This document shows, in pieces, positions 38,981-52,300 of a stretch of 64,000 nucleotides of DNA. A program made the position numbers and the translations under genes. Under the pieces are notes generated by a model. That model ran no database searches. It had not been told where the DNA came from and was given only the letters and a program-made list of their open reading frames with translations. Location of the stretch: the NCBI GenBank assembly GCA_050084985.1, contig JBITNC010000001.1:19034001-19098000 (forward strand), read 5' to 3'. The stretch comes from Nageia nagi (Eukaryota; Plantae; Pinophyta). Positions within the stretch are counted from its first letter, which is position 1. Each line of letters starts with the position of its first letter.

Positions 38981-39537
38981 AAGTATTATTATACTCGAAC
39001 CATATAATAAGTTTATTTGAGATCGAAATGATAAATTCTATAATCTAATTTGTGGTAACTTTCTAAAGTTAAAGGCATATAATTTTTTAGTGAGTCAACC
39101 CTTGTAATTTAAAAAATATAGAAAATTTTGGTGATTTTGCACTCATCTTGTACTCTCAAAAATTGTTAATTCAAAATTTGGAAATCCTAAAATTTACTTA
39201 TAATCAATGATTCATGGCTAAAATTTTTCCTACTCTCATGTCTTTGATAGTCCACCTATACCTCTATTATTATTTTTTAAAAACCCTAAATATTTTAATT
39301 TTTGGTAACTTTCTAAAGTTTTGCAAAATAGCTATTTGTTTATTTTTTAAATTAAATATATCTTTATTTTTTAATATAGGTTGGAGGCCCCAAAATTTTT
39401 AATATTTTTCTTTTTTTGAACTCAACAAATTTTGTTTTATAATGAGTATTAAAGGTCAAATCGATATTTCATTAGCTTCAAAGAGTTCGTCATTCCATCT
39501 CGATTGAAATGAGTAGTGGCATGACCTACTTTGTCTT

Positions 39538-41624
39538 TGTCTTTAGCTAGAAACTGCATTTAGAAGATTTGAAATTATAAAACTTAATTAAATTAACACT
39601 CTTGAATTTAATTTAATTTTCTATAGTTTTGAAGCCTAAGACTTAAAATTTTCCCTCAATTGAATCAATTAGATATCTTGAACATATGAAATTTTTTTTT
39701 TGATTATGGAGAAGACTTCAAGCACATTCTTATGGATTTGGTTTTATTCTTGAATTATAAAGGTATTATCTATGGGGGATATTTCTTTAGGAAGATTATA
39801 TTGATACATTATGGATCCAATAGACTACACTTATAAACTCCTCTTCACACTTATCTAGTTGTATATCCACATATTTTTAGAACTTGTTATTATCCCATTA
39901 TATTTTTAGGTGGAGAATGCATATTTTTGCTTGTGGATTCCCTTCGATTTGGAATATATTTATGATTGTGATGTTTCTTACTCCATCATGTCTTCTTACT
40001 CTCCTTGTGAGATACTTTGGTTTATTCCTTTTATGAATTGTTCATTGTATGTCAACTACATTAGTATCTTTACAAGACACTACATGATAGATATTTGATG
40101 GGAGTTTTTAGCACTTGTTGTTACTCCATGCATTGATAATTATTCAAAACCTACTTGGTAATATACTCTTATTTAGCATGTATGATCCATTAGGATTATT
40201 CCATATCTCTTTGGGAAATTTCTTATTCTCATACTTACATACCTGAGTGGATTCTTTGGTACCCTAGATCATTTGTTATGTGTTCTCCTTTATTGTATAT
40301 ATTATTGGTATGGTTTCTAATGATTTTTTTCACTTGGTAATTTGGATTCACTACCATGCACTTATAAAAACTTTCCTATTCTTTGTGCACAATTTAAGGA
40401 TATATCATTATGTGATGTGGAATATTTAATGCATGAGTATGCTTTAGATAAGGATGATGTTGCCTCTCTAGTTACAAATAATTTATTATAGGACACTAAT
40501 ATAAATTTATATACTTTTATTATCATACTTGATGAGGATATTTTGGATGGATTCTCTTCTCCTTTCATTGATTCACATAATTTTGATGTTATTGACCTTC
40601 ATGAGGAGTTCCTATTCTTATTTTATGTTCCTCCATGTATTTCTCATTCCAAGAATTTTAAGTAATTTACTATGGTGCACCTTCCTTATTTTGATGAGAC
40701 ATATTTTCCTCCTACTCTTTTTTCCTTGAAGCATTCTTTTGCTTCACTTGTCTTGCATCAAGAGTATTGTACAATTCTCTCATATATATCTTTGTTTAAA
40801 ATCTCTTTAGGATATTTTGAAGATTATTTTGAGGCTTATTTAACTCATTTTATTGCTTCTTCCATGTCTATTTTCCTTGCATAATAGGACATTGGACCTT
40901 CTACACTTCTTAGTTTATTGATGACATTTTTACTTCACCATGTTCCATAGCCTTATTCATCATCACAAGTACCGAAATTCATTTTATTCACTCCTTACAC
41001 TTTCTTGGAGTGAAAATATTTTTTATGTATAGCTCATAGTTTCTTTCTTCCTCATTGAATATATTTAGTTCAAAAATAAGGCATATTTATAATTTGGGAA
41101 CATTACATAGATACTTTTCAAGACCTTATTAATGAATTTATCTTGGGGGTGTTGATGAGGACATCTTCCTCTCCATACTCCTTTTTTTCTCTATTGGAAG
41201 ATTTTTTTTCATGTATTTTTCCATCATCTCTCTAGAAAAGTTTATGGATACATTGTACATGAGTACCTTATCAAGACTTATTTCCATGACTCATATTTGT
41301 GTATATGCCATTTATTTTGTTTGTCCACTACCTCCTAGAATCACTTAAGAGGGGGTGTAGAGTATATTTTACTTAAGTTTACTAGGATATTAGGGTTATT
41401 TTATTTCCTTTTATTTTTTCCTAGTTTGTTATGGACTCATAAAAAATTAGTTGTTATGATCCACATACATGTATTATATCCACTAACTTATTTAAGAAAG
41501 AGCCTCTCTATGGAATAATCAAGTAGTTTCATGAGCTTCTTTGGAGTTTTTTGTAATCTTATGCATGTCTATTATTTTTAGATTTGGAATAGTATTTTTC
41601 ACTTTTTCCACCAATCCTTTCACA
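39538..41624 (+). mobile_element. Remnant of a non-coding LTR element: T-rich internal region, PPT and probable 3' LTR
   Basis: PPT taagaggggg followed by TGTAGAG at 41356; candidate LTR end ...CACA at 41624. No partner LTR found. Confidence 0.4.
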
Positions 41625-42263
41625 TGAACTTATAACCTTCTTAAGAATGTGTATTTATCATAACAAGTCTATATCCTAAATGGAGAATAGCCAAGGTGAT
41701 ACTATAATGTTCAAATTTTAGGTTAATGTGTACTAAATTTTTTTCTTTTGATATTGCTCATACCTTTTGACATGGGCATGTCAATATTTTTTTATGGTAA
41801 GCTAGTAGTAATCAATCCTTAATAATTTATGATAAGCTAATTTTGCATAGAAATATCCACAATAAACACCTTCATGTGCTTTCTCTATTATATCTTCTAA
41901 TTCATTTGGACTTTGAATCTTATAATTTCTACTTCAAATGATGTTCTATATAAGATATCATAATTTTAAGGGTATTCATATATGTCATTATATAAAAAAG
42001 AATCACCATAACCTTAAATTTATACATGAAAATCAACATAAAATACTTCCATATTTAATACAAGATTTTATTGCTTACTTAAATTCTTAATTTTTACTAT
42101 TATTTATTTATCTTGAATATAAATAGAAACTAATGAAGCTCTACTATCCATGTAACCTACATATTACAACTACTTCTTAGGATATTCTCAATCCAATACT
42201 CATCAAATTATAAAGAAGACTTGAAATTATTTCTTTATAAGGAATCAACTTTTCATCTTTAAT

Positions 42264-42530
42264 ACTTTCAAGGGGAAAACATGATGGTTAAATGATTTGG
42301 CTCAACTCTAAGAGGTCCTAGGGTTGAATCATAATTGTTGTTCCATTGTGCCATATTGCAGCTATGAGTTAGCTTTAATTCAACTTTAAGTTGGCTATGG
42401 TTTAGTTATAGTTATGATACTACCCACAACCACCAAGTGAATAGTGGAGACTATAAAAACTTTACCCTAACTAGTGGTCATGAGGGTGTTTCTAGAACAA
42501 TTTGCCTCATTTTAATTAAAAAATAAAAAA
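42264..42530 (+). mobile_element. tRNA-derived SINE candidate
   Basis: A-box-like tgatggttaaatg (~42282), B-box-like gggttgaatc (42321-42330), A-rich tail ending at 42530, and TSD TTCATCTTTAAT (42252-42263) / TTCATCTTTTAT (42531-42542). Confidence 0.6.
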
Positions 42531-43645
42531 TTCATCTTTTATGTGATAAACCTCTTGTTGGATATGGCTCATCTTTTGTATAGGAAGTATTATACATTGG
42601 GTCCCTACCTCAATGGGGGTCTAGGGGTAGTGTACTCAGGAAAATATTTTAGGGATCCACCTAAGATTTGCCTATTTTCACATGGTGTTGGTTGGATTTC
42701 CAAGGTTTCATATAAGTGTGAGGATGGATATTTTAGTCCATGGTTTTCTAATATCCCATTATGGTTTAGGGTTGAGCATTTTCCTATATATTCATTATAA
42801 TAAGCTAATTATGGTAGATTGTATTCATTATAAGTAATAATATAGAATGAGGAGAAGCTCTTAACATGTAGAAGTAACTCACATTATGTGAACAAGGGTA
42901 AATCTTATGTGTTCCTTGTGTTTGTGAGATTGTTATAATTAATTATTTTCTACACTATAATTTGAATATAGGTTTAGAAAAGACTCTTTACCTCTTTGAC
43001 TTGGTTTATAATTAGTTAGAAATCTCTAAATATGTTGAATATTTTTATCTTCTATGTTATTGTTGCTTTGAGGCCAAAAATAAGTTCCTCATATTATACT
43101 ATACGATTGGTGGACTCAAAGTTCAATCTAGATATACCATAGGAATTAATCCATTTTTCATACATGATAACATTTACTTTCCCTTGCCCCATAAGTACAC
43201 TAGGAACATTTAATAATAAGATCCATTTGTTATCTTGTTAGGTTTATGAATTCATCCAAATTTCTTCATTTAAGGGATTGTTTTTTATCTTGGGAAGTAT
43301 CCTATTTGAAATCTACTATTATCTACCCTTTTATTGATTTTTTATTAATGAATAAAAGATCATATTATTTAATAAACATTACCCATTTAGCTACCTCTCT
43401 TAAAATATGTGGATTTTATTGAAAATACATTAATGGATCCACTTGTGTTAATATAAGTGGTGTTATTAAGCATATAATATATTAACTTTTACATAGTAAA
43501 AAACTACAACATATAATACCTTCTCAATTGGGGTATACTTTATATTATTACTTATAACTATGTTTAAGAATTCAAATAAGGATTATATTGCTTTCATAAT
43601 TACACCTTTTTGGAAGATAACATGGTAATATTTGTAAATGAGGAA

Positions 43646-46600
43646 TGATAGTGATTCACAAAGAAACCTTTAGGGTTTTTTAAAAGGCTAATTGATTTAG
43701 AGAATAGGTTTTTGAATGAGGATTTTACCAAAGGTCTTCACTCTTGGATCTTGATGTTGTTTTATCTTTATATATAGTGTTTATTTTTTTATTTCTTGAA
43801 TTCCAAGATCTATATCCTAAATTTCAAGAAACCATTATGCTTTTATGATCTTTGCTGGGGTTAGGATGTGTTTATCAAGTATTTTATGTGCATTATTGTG
43901 ATTTCCAAGTGCTTTATCATGTTGTTGGGTGATTTGTGTTTGTTTTTGTGATTTATTAAGTGGTTTGTATTTTTTTTACTATCCAAAAATTTATTTTTTA
44001 TATCTTTTGTTTCCATGATAATAAAGATACATTTCCCTAGTCTAGTAACCTAGCTGTTGATGTCACTATGTAGAAGGTTTGATACTTAATGGAAAAGATT
44101 GTATCTTAGCATTTCCATAATGTAGTAAAACCTTGTGCTAATATCATCACCTTTATGATGTTATATTAAATGTTAAAAGTGCTTACTAGAGTGCAACATC
44201 ATTATTTCTTACATCATCACTTTACTAGCATAATTTTCAATGTTGAAAAGGCTTGTTGGAGTGTAGTAAACTTATTTCTTATATAATCACTTTAATGGTA
44301 TAGAATTCATTATTAAAGATTCTTATCAGAGTGTGGGAAAATTTTTTCTTACATCATCAATTTTAAAATGCAACATTTAGTGTTGAAGAGGTTTATTAGA
44401 GTTTGGGAAACTTGGTGCTTATATCATCAATTTTGCGATGTGGCATTTAGTGTTGAAGATGATTATGAGAGTACATGATACTTGATGCTTATATCATTGT
44501 ATTGAAGGTGAAGCATCATTTTTTTTTATCCAATATTATAATATAAGGCATTATATCACTTGTTACAATGCAACATCATCCAGATAATGCATGATATCAC
44601 TTGTTGCAATGTAACATCATTAATTAAGGTGCAAAATCATTGATTTAGATGACACATCATTAGCTAATGTGTGATATTGTTAATTAAGATGTGAAATAAT
44701 TATTTAAGGTTCTAATACCATTTAATGTTCACCTTAAACTATTTTAATGGCCCTTACACATGTCCAAGGGAAGTTGAGGAGATTTGACACACTATGGAGT
44801 TAGTTTAGGAAGTTGATCACCTATTAGAATTTAAACCATCATCCTTTAATTAGAATATCTTGGATGCTTCATTTAGGATGGTATTAGTTGATGTTATATG
44901 TTTGGATATTTTTTCTAAAGGTTAATATTATTTTAGTTGATTATAGAGTGTTGTAGAGATGTGTGGAATCAGGAGAAGATATTGAGGATGTCATTCAATC
45001 ATGTATCTCATTTATTTTAATATTCCCTTTCAATTAATTGATAATAAGGTTATCAAATTGTATGTACTTCCAAATTAGTAGGAACTAGTATAAATACATA
45101 TGTGAAATTATTTATACATATGTTAATTACTACATATTTTCCTTTTTAGTATTTTGAATGTTATAGGATTTTCATTTGATGGGTATTGATTAATTCATCA
45201 AAACATTAAACCTACATTAAAGTAATAATTTGTATTTAAATATACTTTGAAATATATAAGATTAAGGTGATTACAAATCACATGGTATCAAAGCATTGTT
45301 TGAGGTTTTCAGAGATTATGGATGCATAGTAGAAGATCTAAAAATAGAGAGTTGATTCCTTATAACCCTAATATTGGTAGAAGAGAAATACAAAATACCA
45401 TTTTGGAGAGGAATGAGGAAGAAACCATTCAAATAATATTTGAAATAGATTGGAAGAGAAGTTTTATTGCAATGGAAAAATATATGAATCAACTCATGAA
45501 GATGTGGAAATAAATCAAAATTAGCCCAAGAATGAGGAGACTAGGCAACTAAAACTATAGCTTAGAAATAGTGAGGATATTGGTTCTTCATCTTCTTTAG
45601 CATCCATTCCTTTCAAAGTGGGATATAAGTTCCAAATTCCAAAATTTGTAGGTGATATTAAGGCAACTCAAGGTATATTTCCAAGTCCAAGGTATGTCTA
45701 GTGATGAGCATAAAATTTATGTTACAAGATTGAAAATGGAGGTTCATGCACTTGTTTGGTGCGAAAGCCATATTGAATCCCTTAGGCATGAGAATTAACC
45801 ACCTATCTCTTATTAGGATGAGTTCATTAAGATTATTCTAGATCAGTTCTATATGGTAGGGTATCATAATAAGTAGTTGATTAAATGGAAATATTTCCAA
45901 CAAAAAAAATGATACTCATTCCAAGATTACACCATAAAATTTAGAAGATAAGATCCCTTATTGAGAATTTTTTTTAAAGATCCAAAAAATTTAATGAAAT
46001 ATATTGGAGGGCTATATAATCATTTGATAAGACTTATAATGTTGTTCAATCCATCATGTTTGGATCAAGTGAGTGTTCAAGCATAATACCTTTAGGAATA
46101 TGGTAAGAAGTAAATGGTGAATCCAATAACTCTAATAAAAGTAATCAAAAAAATAGACATGATAAGGGAAATACTCAAGAAAAAGGTAAGGAAAAGAAAT
46201 AGGATAAGAAGGCTACTACCACTACCAAGAAAGATGAAAACAATAAGAATTATTCATATTTTAACAAGGATGGCCATACTAAGAATATGTGTTAGAAGCT
46301 TCACCCTTAGAAGAATCCTCATAGAAAGGAAAAATATGAGAATTTTAAAAAGAAGAATGTTATGGTCATTGTGAGTGAAATTGTAAATGATAACTCAAAA
46401 GTATATGAAGAAATTACTTATGCTACAACTTTAATATTGAAAAGGACATTGAATATAGTAAGAAGAAAGAGGAAGAATGTGAGAAAAAGAAGACACAACT
46501 CTTCCATCTCAAAATTAAAGAAAAGAATACCATAATTGATTCAATATTTGATATTATTTCACAAGTTAACCTCATTGTTGAGCACTTTCTAAACAAGTTG

Positions 46601-47727
46601 GGTTGAATATTTAAAATCATCTCCATCCTTGTCCTTTAGGATGGGTGTACAAAGGTACTAGTTTGCAAGTTACCAAACATTGTAGGTTGAATTTTTATTT
46701 TGCTAAGAATTTCATTGATAAAGTAGTTGTGTATGTAGTGCATCTTGATATTTATGGTGCTTTTATTAAAAATTCATATCTTTGGGAAATTGATGCCATT
46801 TATTTTAGAAAGAAGAACCAATATGTTCTAGTTAAATATGGAAATCCTATTATTTTAATGCCCATAGGAGCCAAAAATAAATGAAATTAGTTACATCAAA
46901 CTAAGTGGAGAAATTAATTAATATTAGTAAGAGGTTTTTGTTGGTTGTTGTTATACCAAGTGTTGAGTGTTCTCCTAGACTAGCATCAACATTAGATATA
47001 CATTATTTATCATTGTCATCATTGACCTCAACATCCTTGCTCATCCCACAATAGTTATAGATGTAAACCTTGTTATATGATTTATCAAAGGTATTTGTTG
47101 ATCCAAAAGTATTACCACCCAAGAGGAGTATTGAACATGAGATTTAATTATTGCTTGATTCTCCACTTCCTAATATTGGGTTGTATAGAAAATTTATCAT
47201 GGAGTGTGAGGAGATTCAATAGTAGATTTAGAAGCTTTTATACTGAGTAATCATACTTAGTACTTATCTATGTGGATCACCTATAGACATGGTGCCAAAG
47301 AAGGATGGGTCATGAAAAATGTATGTTAATTATAGGGAATTCAATAAAATTATGATCAAGTATTATTATCCATTACCTTTTAGTGATGATATTATGGATC
47401 AATTGCAAGGGGTAATGTATTTCTCTAAAATGGATCCCAGGAGTGGGTATGATCAAATAAGAATCAAGGAAGAGGACATTTAGAAGATTGCTTTCAAGTC
47501 CAATAAGGCTTATTTGAGTGGATTGTGTTACCATTTGGCCTTTGAAATGCACCAAATACTTTTATTAGGGTAATGAATAAAATTATCAAATCTTTTATTG
47601 ATTCCTTTTTGTTGTGTACCTAGATGATATTATTATTTATAGTAAATCTTAGGATGAGCACCTTACGCATCATAGATAATTATTTCTAACTCTAAAGAAT
47701 AAAAAGTTTCTTTTAGATTTGAACAAG
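43646..47727 (+). mobile_element. CRM-like chromovirus (Ty3/gypsy): 5' LTR, PBS, gag-protease-RT, cut off by a CACTA insertion
   Basis: Probable LTR TGAT...ATCA at ~43646-45280. PBS TGGTATCAAAGC at 45283-45294. Gag FKVGYKFQIPKF..HALVWCES; post-protease HPCPLGWV..VTKHCRLNF; RT GSPIDMVPKKDG..YFSKMDPRSGYDQIRI..VVYLDDIIIYS. Confidence 0.85.
44060..44720. repeat. Tandem repeats inside the gypsy LTR (~60-bp units grading into ~21-bp units)
   Basis: Recurring cttacatcatcacttt...tgttgaaaaggctt..agagtg units, followed by (g)atgcaacatcatt-type units. Confidence 0.7.
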
Positions 47728-49324
47728 CACTACACCAAAATTAGACTTCAAGTGTGGTTCTAAATCACTATGATATGACTCTAACTTAGGTTTTATGGGT
47801 TTCATATATGAGGACATTATAAAAAATTTAAAAGAAAAGAGGTTGGTTCAAATCCACCACATATAACCACCTTAGTGTATGTATATGAGGGTGGTAATTA
47901 AATGTCATAAAATAGTAAATATAACCATAGTATAAAGGTGACATTTTAATAATAAATTATATGAAAATATATTATATTAAGGAGGTTTAAAACCACCATA
48001 GTATATAATAATATGATGGTTATAAACCATCATATTATAATTTCATTTATAAAAATATATAAATCAAGGAAAAAGATGCATAAATGAGAGGATAATTCAA
48101 ACTTTAGAAACTACATAATATTAATTTTACTTTAAGCTAAGTTGAATCTCTTGACCATGTTGGACATCTAGATGAAGCAAAATACTTTTGGTTGATTAAT
48201 AATTTGTGCAACCCTTCAAGTGTTTTCCCAAAATGCAATGCATTAATACTAGTTTAAGATCATATTAAATAACCTTTTAATGTATTATTACTATATGAGA
48301 AATTTTTTATAGCTTTAAACTATTTAATATTATTGAAATAAATAATTTTATATATTTCTATCAAATATACACTAGAACAAAAATGGGCTTTTGAGGTAGG
48401 TAATTTGAGGGGATTTTTGGGAGGTGATTTTTAACCACCTTAATTTAAGGTTTTAATGGGGTAGTTAAAGATTGCCTCCAAAAAACATAATGTACTAGCT
48501 TAAAATTACCCCTTAATAAAAATAAAAAAAGGCATGTAAAACAAACTAAATGCACACTTGGAATGTTTTTGTTTATTTTGAGTTGTTCAAGTTTATCGAC
48601 TAAGGGGTTAAAGGAGAGCAAGGGGCATTTTGCAAGACAAGAAGAGAGTTGATGAGAGGATTAAACATGAGATTCAAGTACATATTCTTTCACATTCTAT
48701 GACCTTGAATTCTTTTGCATTCTTTATATATTTATATGCCTTATATTTTTCAATATTATTTTAGAAAACCCATTTTGTTTGAGATGAGGTGCAACTAGGT
48801 ATTCTTTCACTATATAATCTTGTATTCTTTCATAGTATATGATCTTGTATTTTTCTACATTCTACATATATGTTCATGCCTTGTATTTTTCTACATTATT
48901 TTAGTTAACCCAATCCTACAATCATTGCAAACCATAAAATTATGTTTTACATCATGCGGCTTGTCAAACAATTCCTAGGTCTTATGTATTCTTCTACATT
49001 TTTCATATATATCTATCAGGATACTCATAACCAAAATATTCAATTTAGAAGCACTAAGTACACACACCCAATTTAGGGTTTATGGTTATTTTTGTAGTGA
49101 AGTTCAAATCTCCCTCAAGATAGACTACATGAGCCATAAAATTTGATTTTGAAGTACAAAGTACACACACCCACACATCTAATTTAGGGTTTATAGGTAT
49201 TTTGGTAGTGGATTTCAAAGATCCCTTAAGATAGCCTACATAAACCATAATATTAAAAGTGTTTATAACCCTCATTCCATTAGACCTACTTGGATACATG
49301 CAAGTAGAATGGTTATAAATGTTA
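47728..49324 (+). mobile_element. One end of a CACTA element (TIR, subterminal repeats, intron-like region)
   Basis: CACTACACCAAAAT at 47728 directly interrupts the gypsy RT frame. Subterminal (A)AACCACCAT repeats in both orientations. An ~103-bp duplication at 49048-49260. The other end is not in the window. Confidence 0.75.
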
Positions 49325-52300
49325 TGTTGTCAAGGTTGGTTCCCAAATGCTTCAACAAATCAAAGAATCTAAGGGCATTCAACAGAAGAATGAATTGATT
49401 CTAACACCTTAGAAGCTAAGAAAATAAGGAAGTGGATTTAAGTACCATATGGTGAGATGATCCAACCAAATACAAATAATTTTGGTGAATGACATACAAA
49501 ATGTAATGACCATCCAAAATACACTAAGTTTGGTGGAGTGGACGAAAGGATGCAAAGGCAATTAAGTTAAGGATCGGTAAGACTAAAGAATGAAAGAAGA
49601 TACCAGTTAGTATAATGAAGACATGCTAGAATGAACTAAGTCTCAAGACATGGATGAAAAGAGCATAATGGATACAAATTAAAGCAATGGTGAAGAAGAG
49701 ATCCAAGTGAGCAAATTTTGATGAATGATGATAGCAAATGATGTTTAAAAATACATTAGATCCAGCACTTTTATCAAAGAATCTTAAAGATAGCAAAGTT
49801 AGGTACTGATGAAGGAGATAGAACAAAATTGTTACTAAAGAGTGACATTAGCTATTAGAAGTCTAGCTAAAAAGCACTAATTTTAGCTACTAAATTGAAA
49901 GGTTGTAGAGGAAAATAAATTAAGTACTAAAACAAGTGAAAAAAGAGAAGAATACTAGTAAGTGACATCATCAAGCAAAAGATTGCCAAAAATACACTAA
50001 GTGTGATAGTTTATTATGAAATTAATATTGGATATTAATTCAAACATTAGCAATATAAATAAATAAAGGAGGATGCTAGCAGGTTATGTAAGCAAGATAA
50101 TACAATTTATTCTTGGTCTAAAACCCTTAATACTAAATAGTCATGTATCAGGAAGGGAGTTCTTGCACTAGATTGAAGATTAAATGCCAAGTTTGATACC
50201 AAAAAGCATGCAATGAACCCATACAATAGCATAAATTGTATATTAAATACCAATAGGTAAGAAATAGTGTTAGGAATAATCAAGAAGATCTAAACTTTAT
50301 GGTGAGGGTACCAAAATTGAGTGTAGTGTATTGAATGTGGTCATAGTTACTCTTAATTATTATCAGCATTTTATTACTATCAAAGGAGTGGATGCATATG
50401 GTATGTGTAATTGAAATCATTATTATCTTACTCAAGTTATGTTGACAAATGGAACTATTGATTAGATGTATCTATAACTACCAAATATGCAAATGTAGGA
50501 TTTACTATTAATAGTAGCAATTACTATTATCAAGCAATTATTATTAGCTTACCAAGGAAAATGAAGAGGTAATTATTATTATAATATGTATGAAAAAATA
50601 AAAATAGTGTAGTAATGAGTAGTTGAAGAAAAACATATTAGAGTAGATGATTGTGGCTTGTTGATGTATGCATGAGTGAGATGCTAGCAAAGAGTAAACT
50701 ATGATATATTGAAAAACATGGCCAAGAATAGGCTATGAAGACTAATAGCAAGACTTAAACAAATATAGTTAGAATAGTGAAGGTTGAACATATAAACAAA
50801 TAAGGGTATTTAGGTTAAGTTTTGAAAATTTATTATCAAAAATATCAAAACTTTTGCTTAGTCAAGTAGGTGCTTAATAAGAGGGATTGGTGTTCCTTCC
50901 AAGTAGTACTGGTAAAGTAAGGGTTAATGCTCCTTTTAGTTGTAGCTAATAAATTTGTGGTTATTTCTCATTTTAGTTGATGATGATAAATTAATTATAA
51001 AGTTGATACTTTGTTATGGCTGTATTTGGACCATGATCTAAGCAATCTGATCGGGTATGTAGCCATATTGGTGAACCTCATTAAATATTGTATTATGTGA
51101 TGTTTTTCTTATGATACTTGCTCTAGTTGGTTTTAAATTTACACTATCTAATTTAAGTGGGAAATATAAAGAGTTAAGTTTTAAATTATCACACTTATTC
51201 ACTCACCCTCTTAGGGTCACTTGGAGTATAATAATTAGTATTAGAGTAGGTCCATGCATTAGGTATAATCGATTGAGTGTGATCCAAGGAGTGATACTAT
51301 AGTAAGTGTTGAAGGCTTATCATCAAATAAAGCCCCTCTTTTTGATTGAATAAATTATACCTTCGAGAAGATACAAATGTAGATGTACCTTTATGCTCTA
51401 GGATTTGACATATGGGCATCATTGAAAAATGGATATACAACACATGCCACTCCTTTGACTCATGCATTTGGAAAGTAGCTATTTGAGAATGACTCCAAAG
51501 GAAACAATGCTATCATGAGTGGTTTGGTAGATAATGAACTCATGAAAATCATGAGTTCAAAGTCAACTAAAGCAATCTAGGATAAGCTAGAAAGTATTTA
51601 AGAAGGATATGGAAAGATCAAGGAAGCAAAGTTGAAAACTTATCAATCAAGGTTTGAAAGTTTGAAAATGAATTATGAAGAAGACATTGTAGCCTATCTC
51701 TTAATAGTACAATAGAATATGTTGTAATTATGAAGAAAGTATTGATATCACTTCCATAAAGATTTGATCCCAAGGTATCTACCAATGAAGAAGCCAAACA
51801 TCTAGACACATTCTCCATGGATGAAATGCATGGTTCATTAACTACCTATGAAATGAGAATAGGTAAGGAAAAATCCTCCAAAAAAGAATGTATTTTCAAA
51901 GCTACCACAAATTTCAAATCCAAACCTGACTATGATGATGAAGGAGAAAAATTAGATCTTGAAGAATTTAACTTTGTTCCAAAGCTAAGAGGGGACAAGA
52001 AAAATACAAAGGTAAGTTACCTTTAAAATGGTTCATTGTAGTGAGGTTTGTCATTTTACTAGTAAATGTCCATATAATGAAAAGAATGGTAATGATGAAT
52101 ATACAATACATATTAGAGTAGTTACAAAAATAAAGATATATTTTCTAGAAAACAAAATCACAATAAAATAATATTTATTTCAAAAGGAAATGAAGATGAA
52201 CCTAATGTCAACTCAAACAATGAATCTAATGATGAGCATAATGAATAATTATTTATGGATTTTGAAGTTAATAATAAGGATGGTAAATTTATTGAATAAT

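Larger units (their letters stand above)
20358..39529. mobile_element. Candidate two-gene hAT-superfamily DNA transposon (transposase + convergent PMD-like gene) carrying three nested retroelement insertions
   Basis: Imperfect terminal inverted similarity between 20358-20445 and 39444-39529 (shared blocks GTAG..CAT..CTACT..GAGAT-14nt-TTTG(G/A)AGCTAA). Candidate 8-bp TSD TGCATCTT (20350-20357) / TTTGTCTT (39530-39537), where the CA/TG difference fits CpG decay. The same 21-bp motif is arrayed near both ends and in the middle. Boundaries are tentative. Confidence 0.6.

Noticed and set aside
39910-40884. Short hydrophobic ORFs as membrane-protein genes
   Set aside because: They arise from T-rich, low-complexity LTR-element internal sequence and show no recognisable motifs.
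41630-43640. Possible LINE relic around the SINE candidate
   Set aside because: Only faint motif hints; too decayed to support a call by eye.
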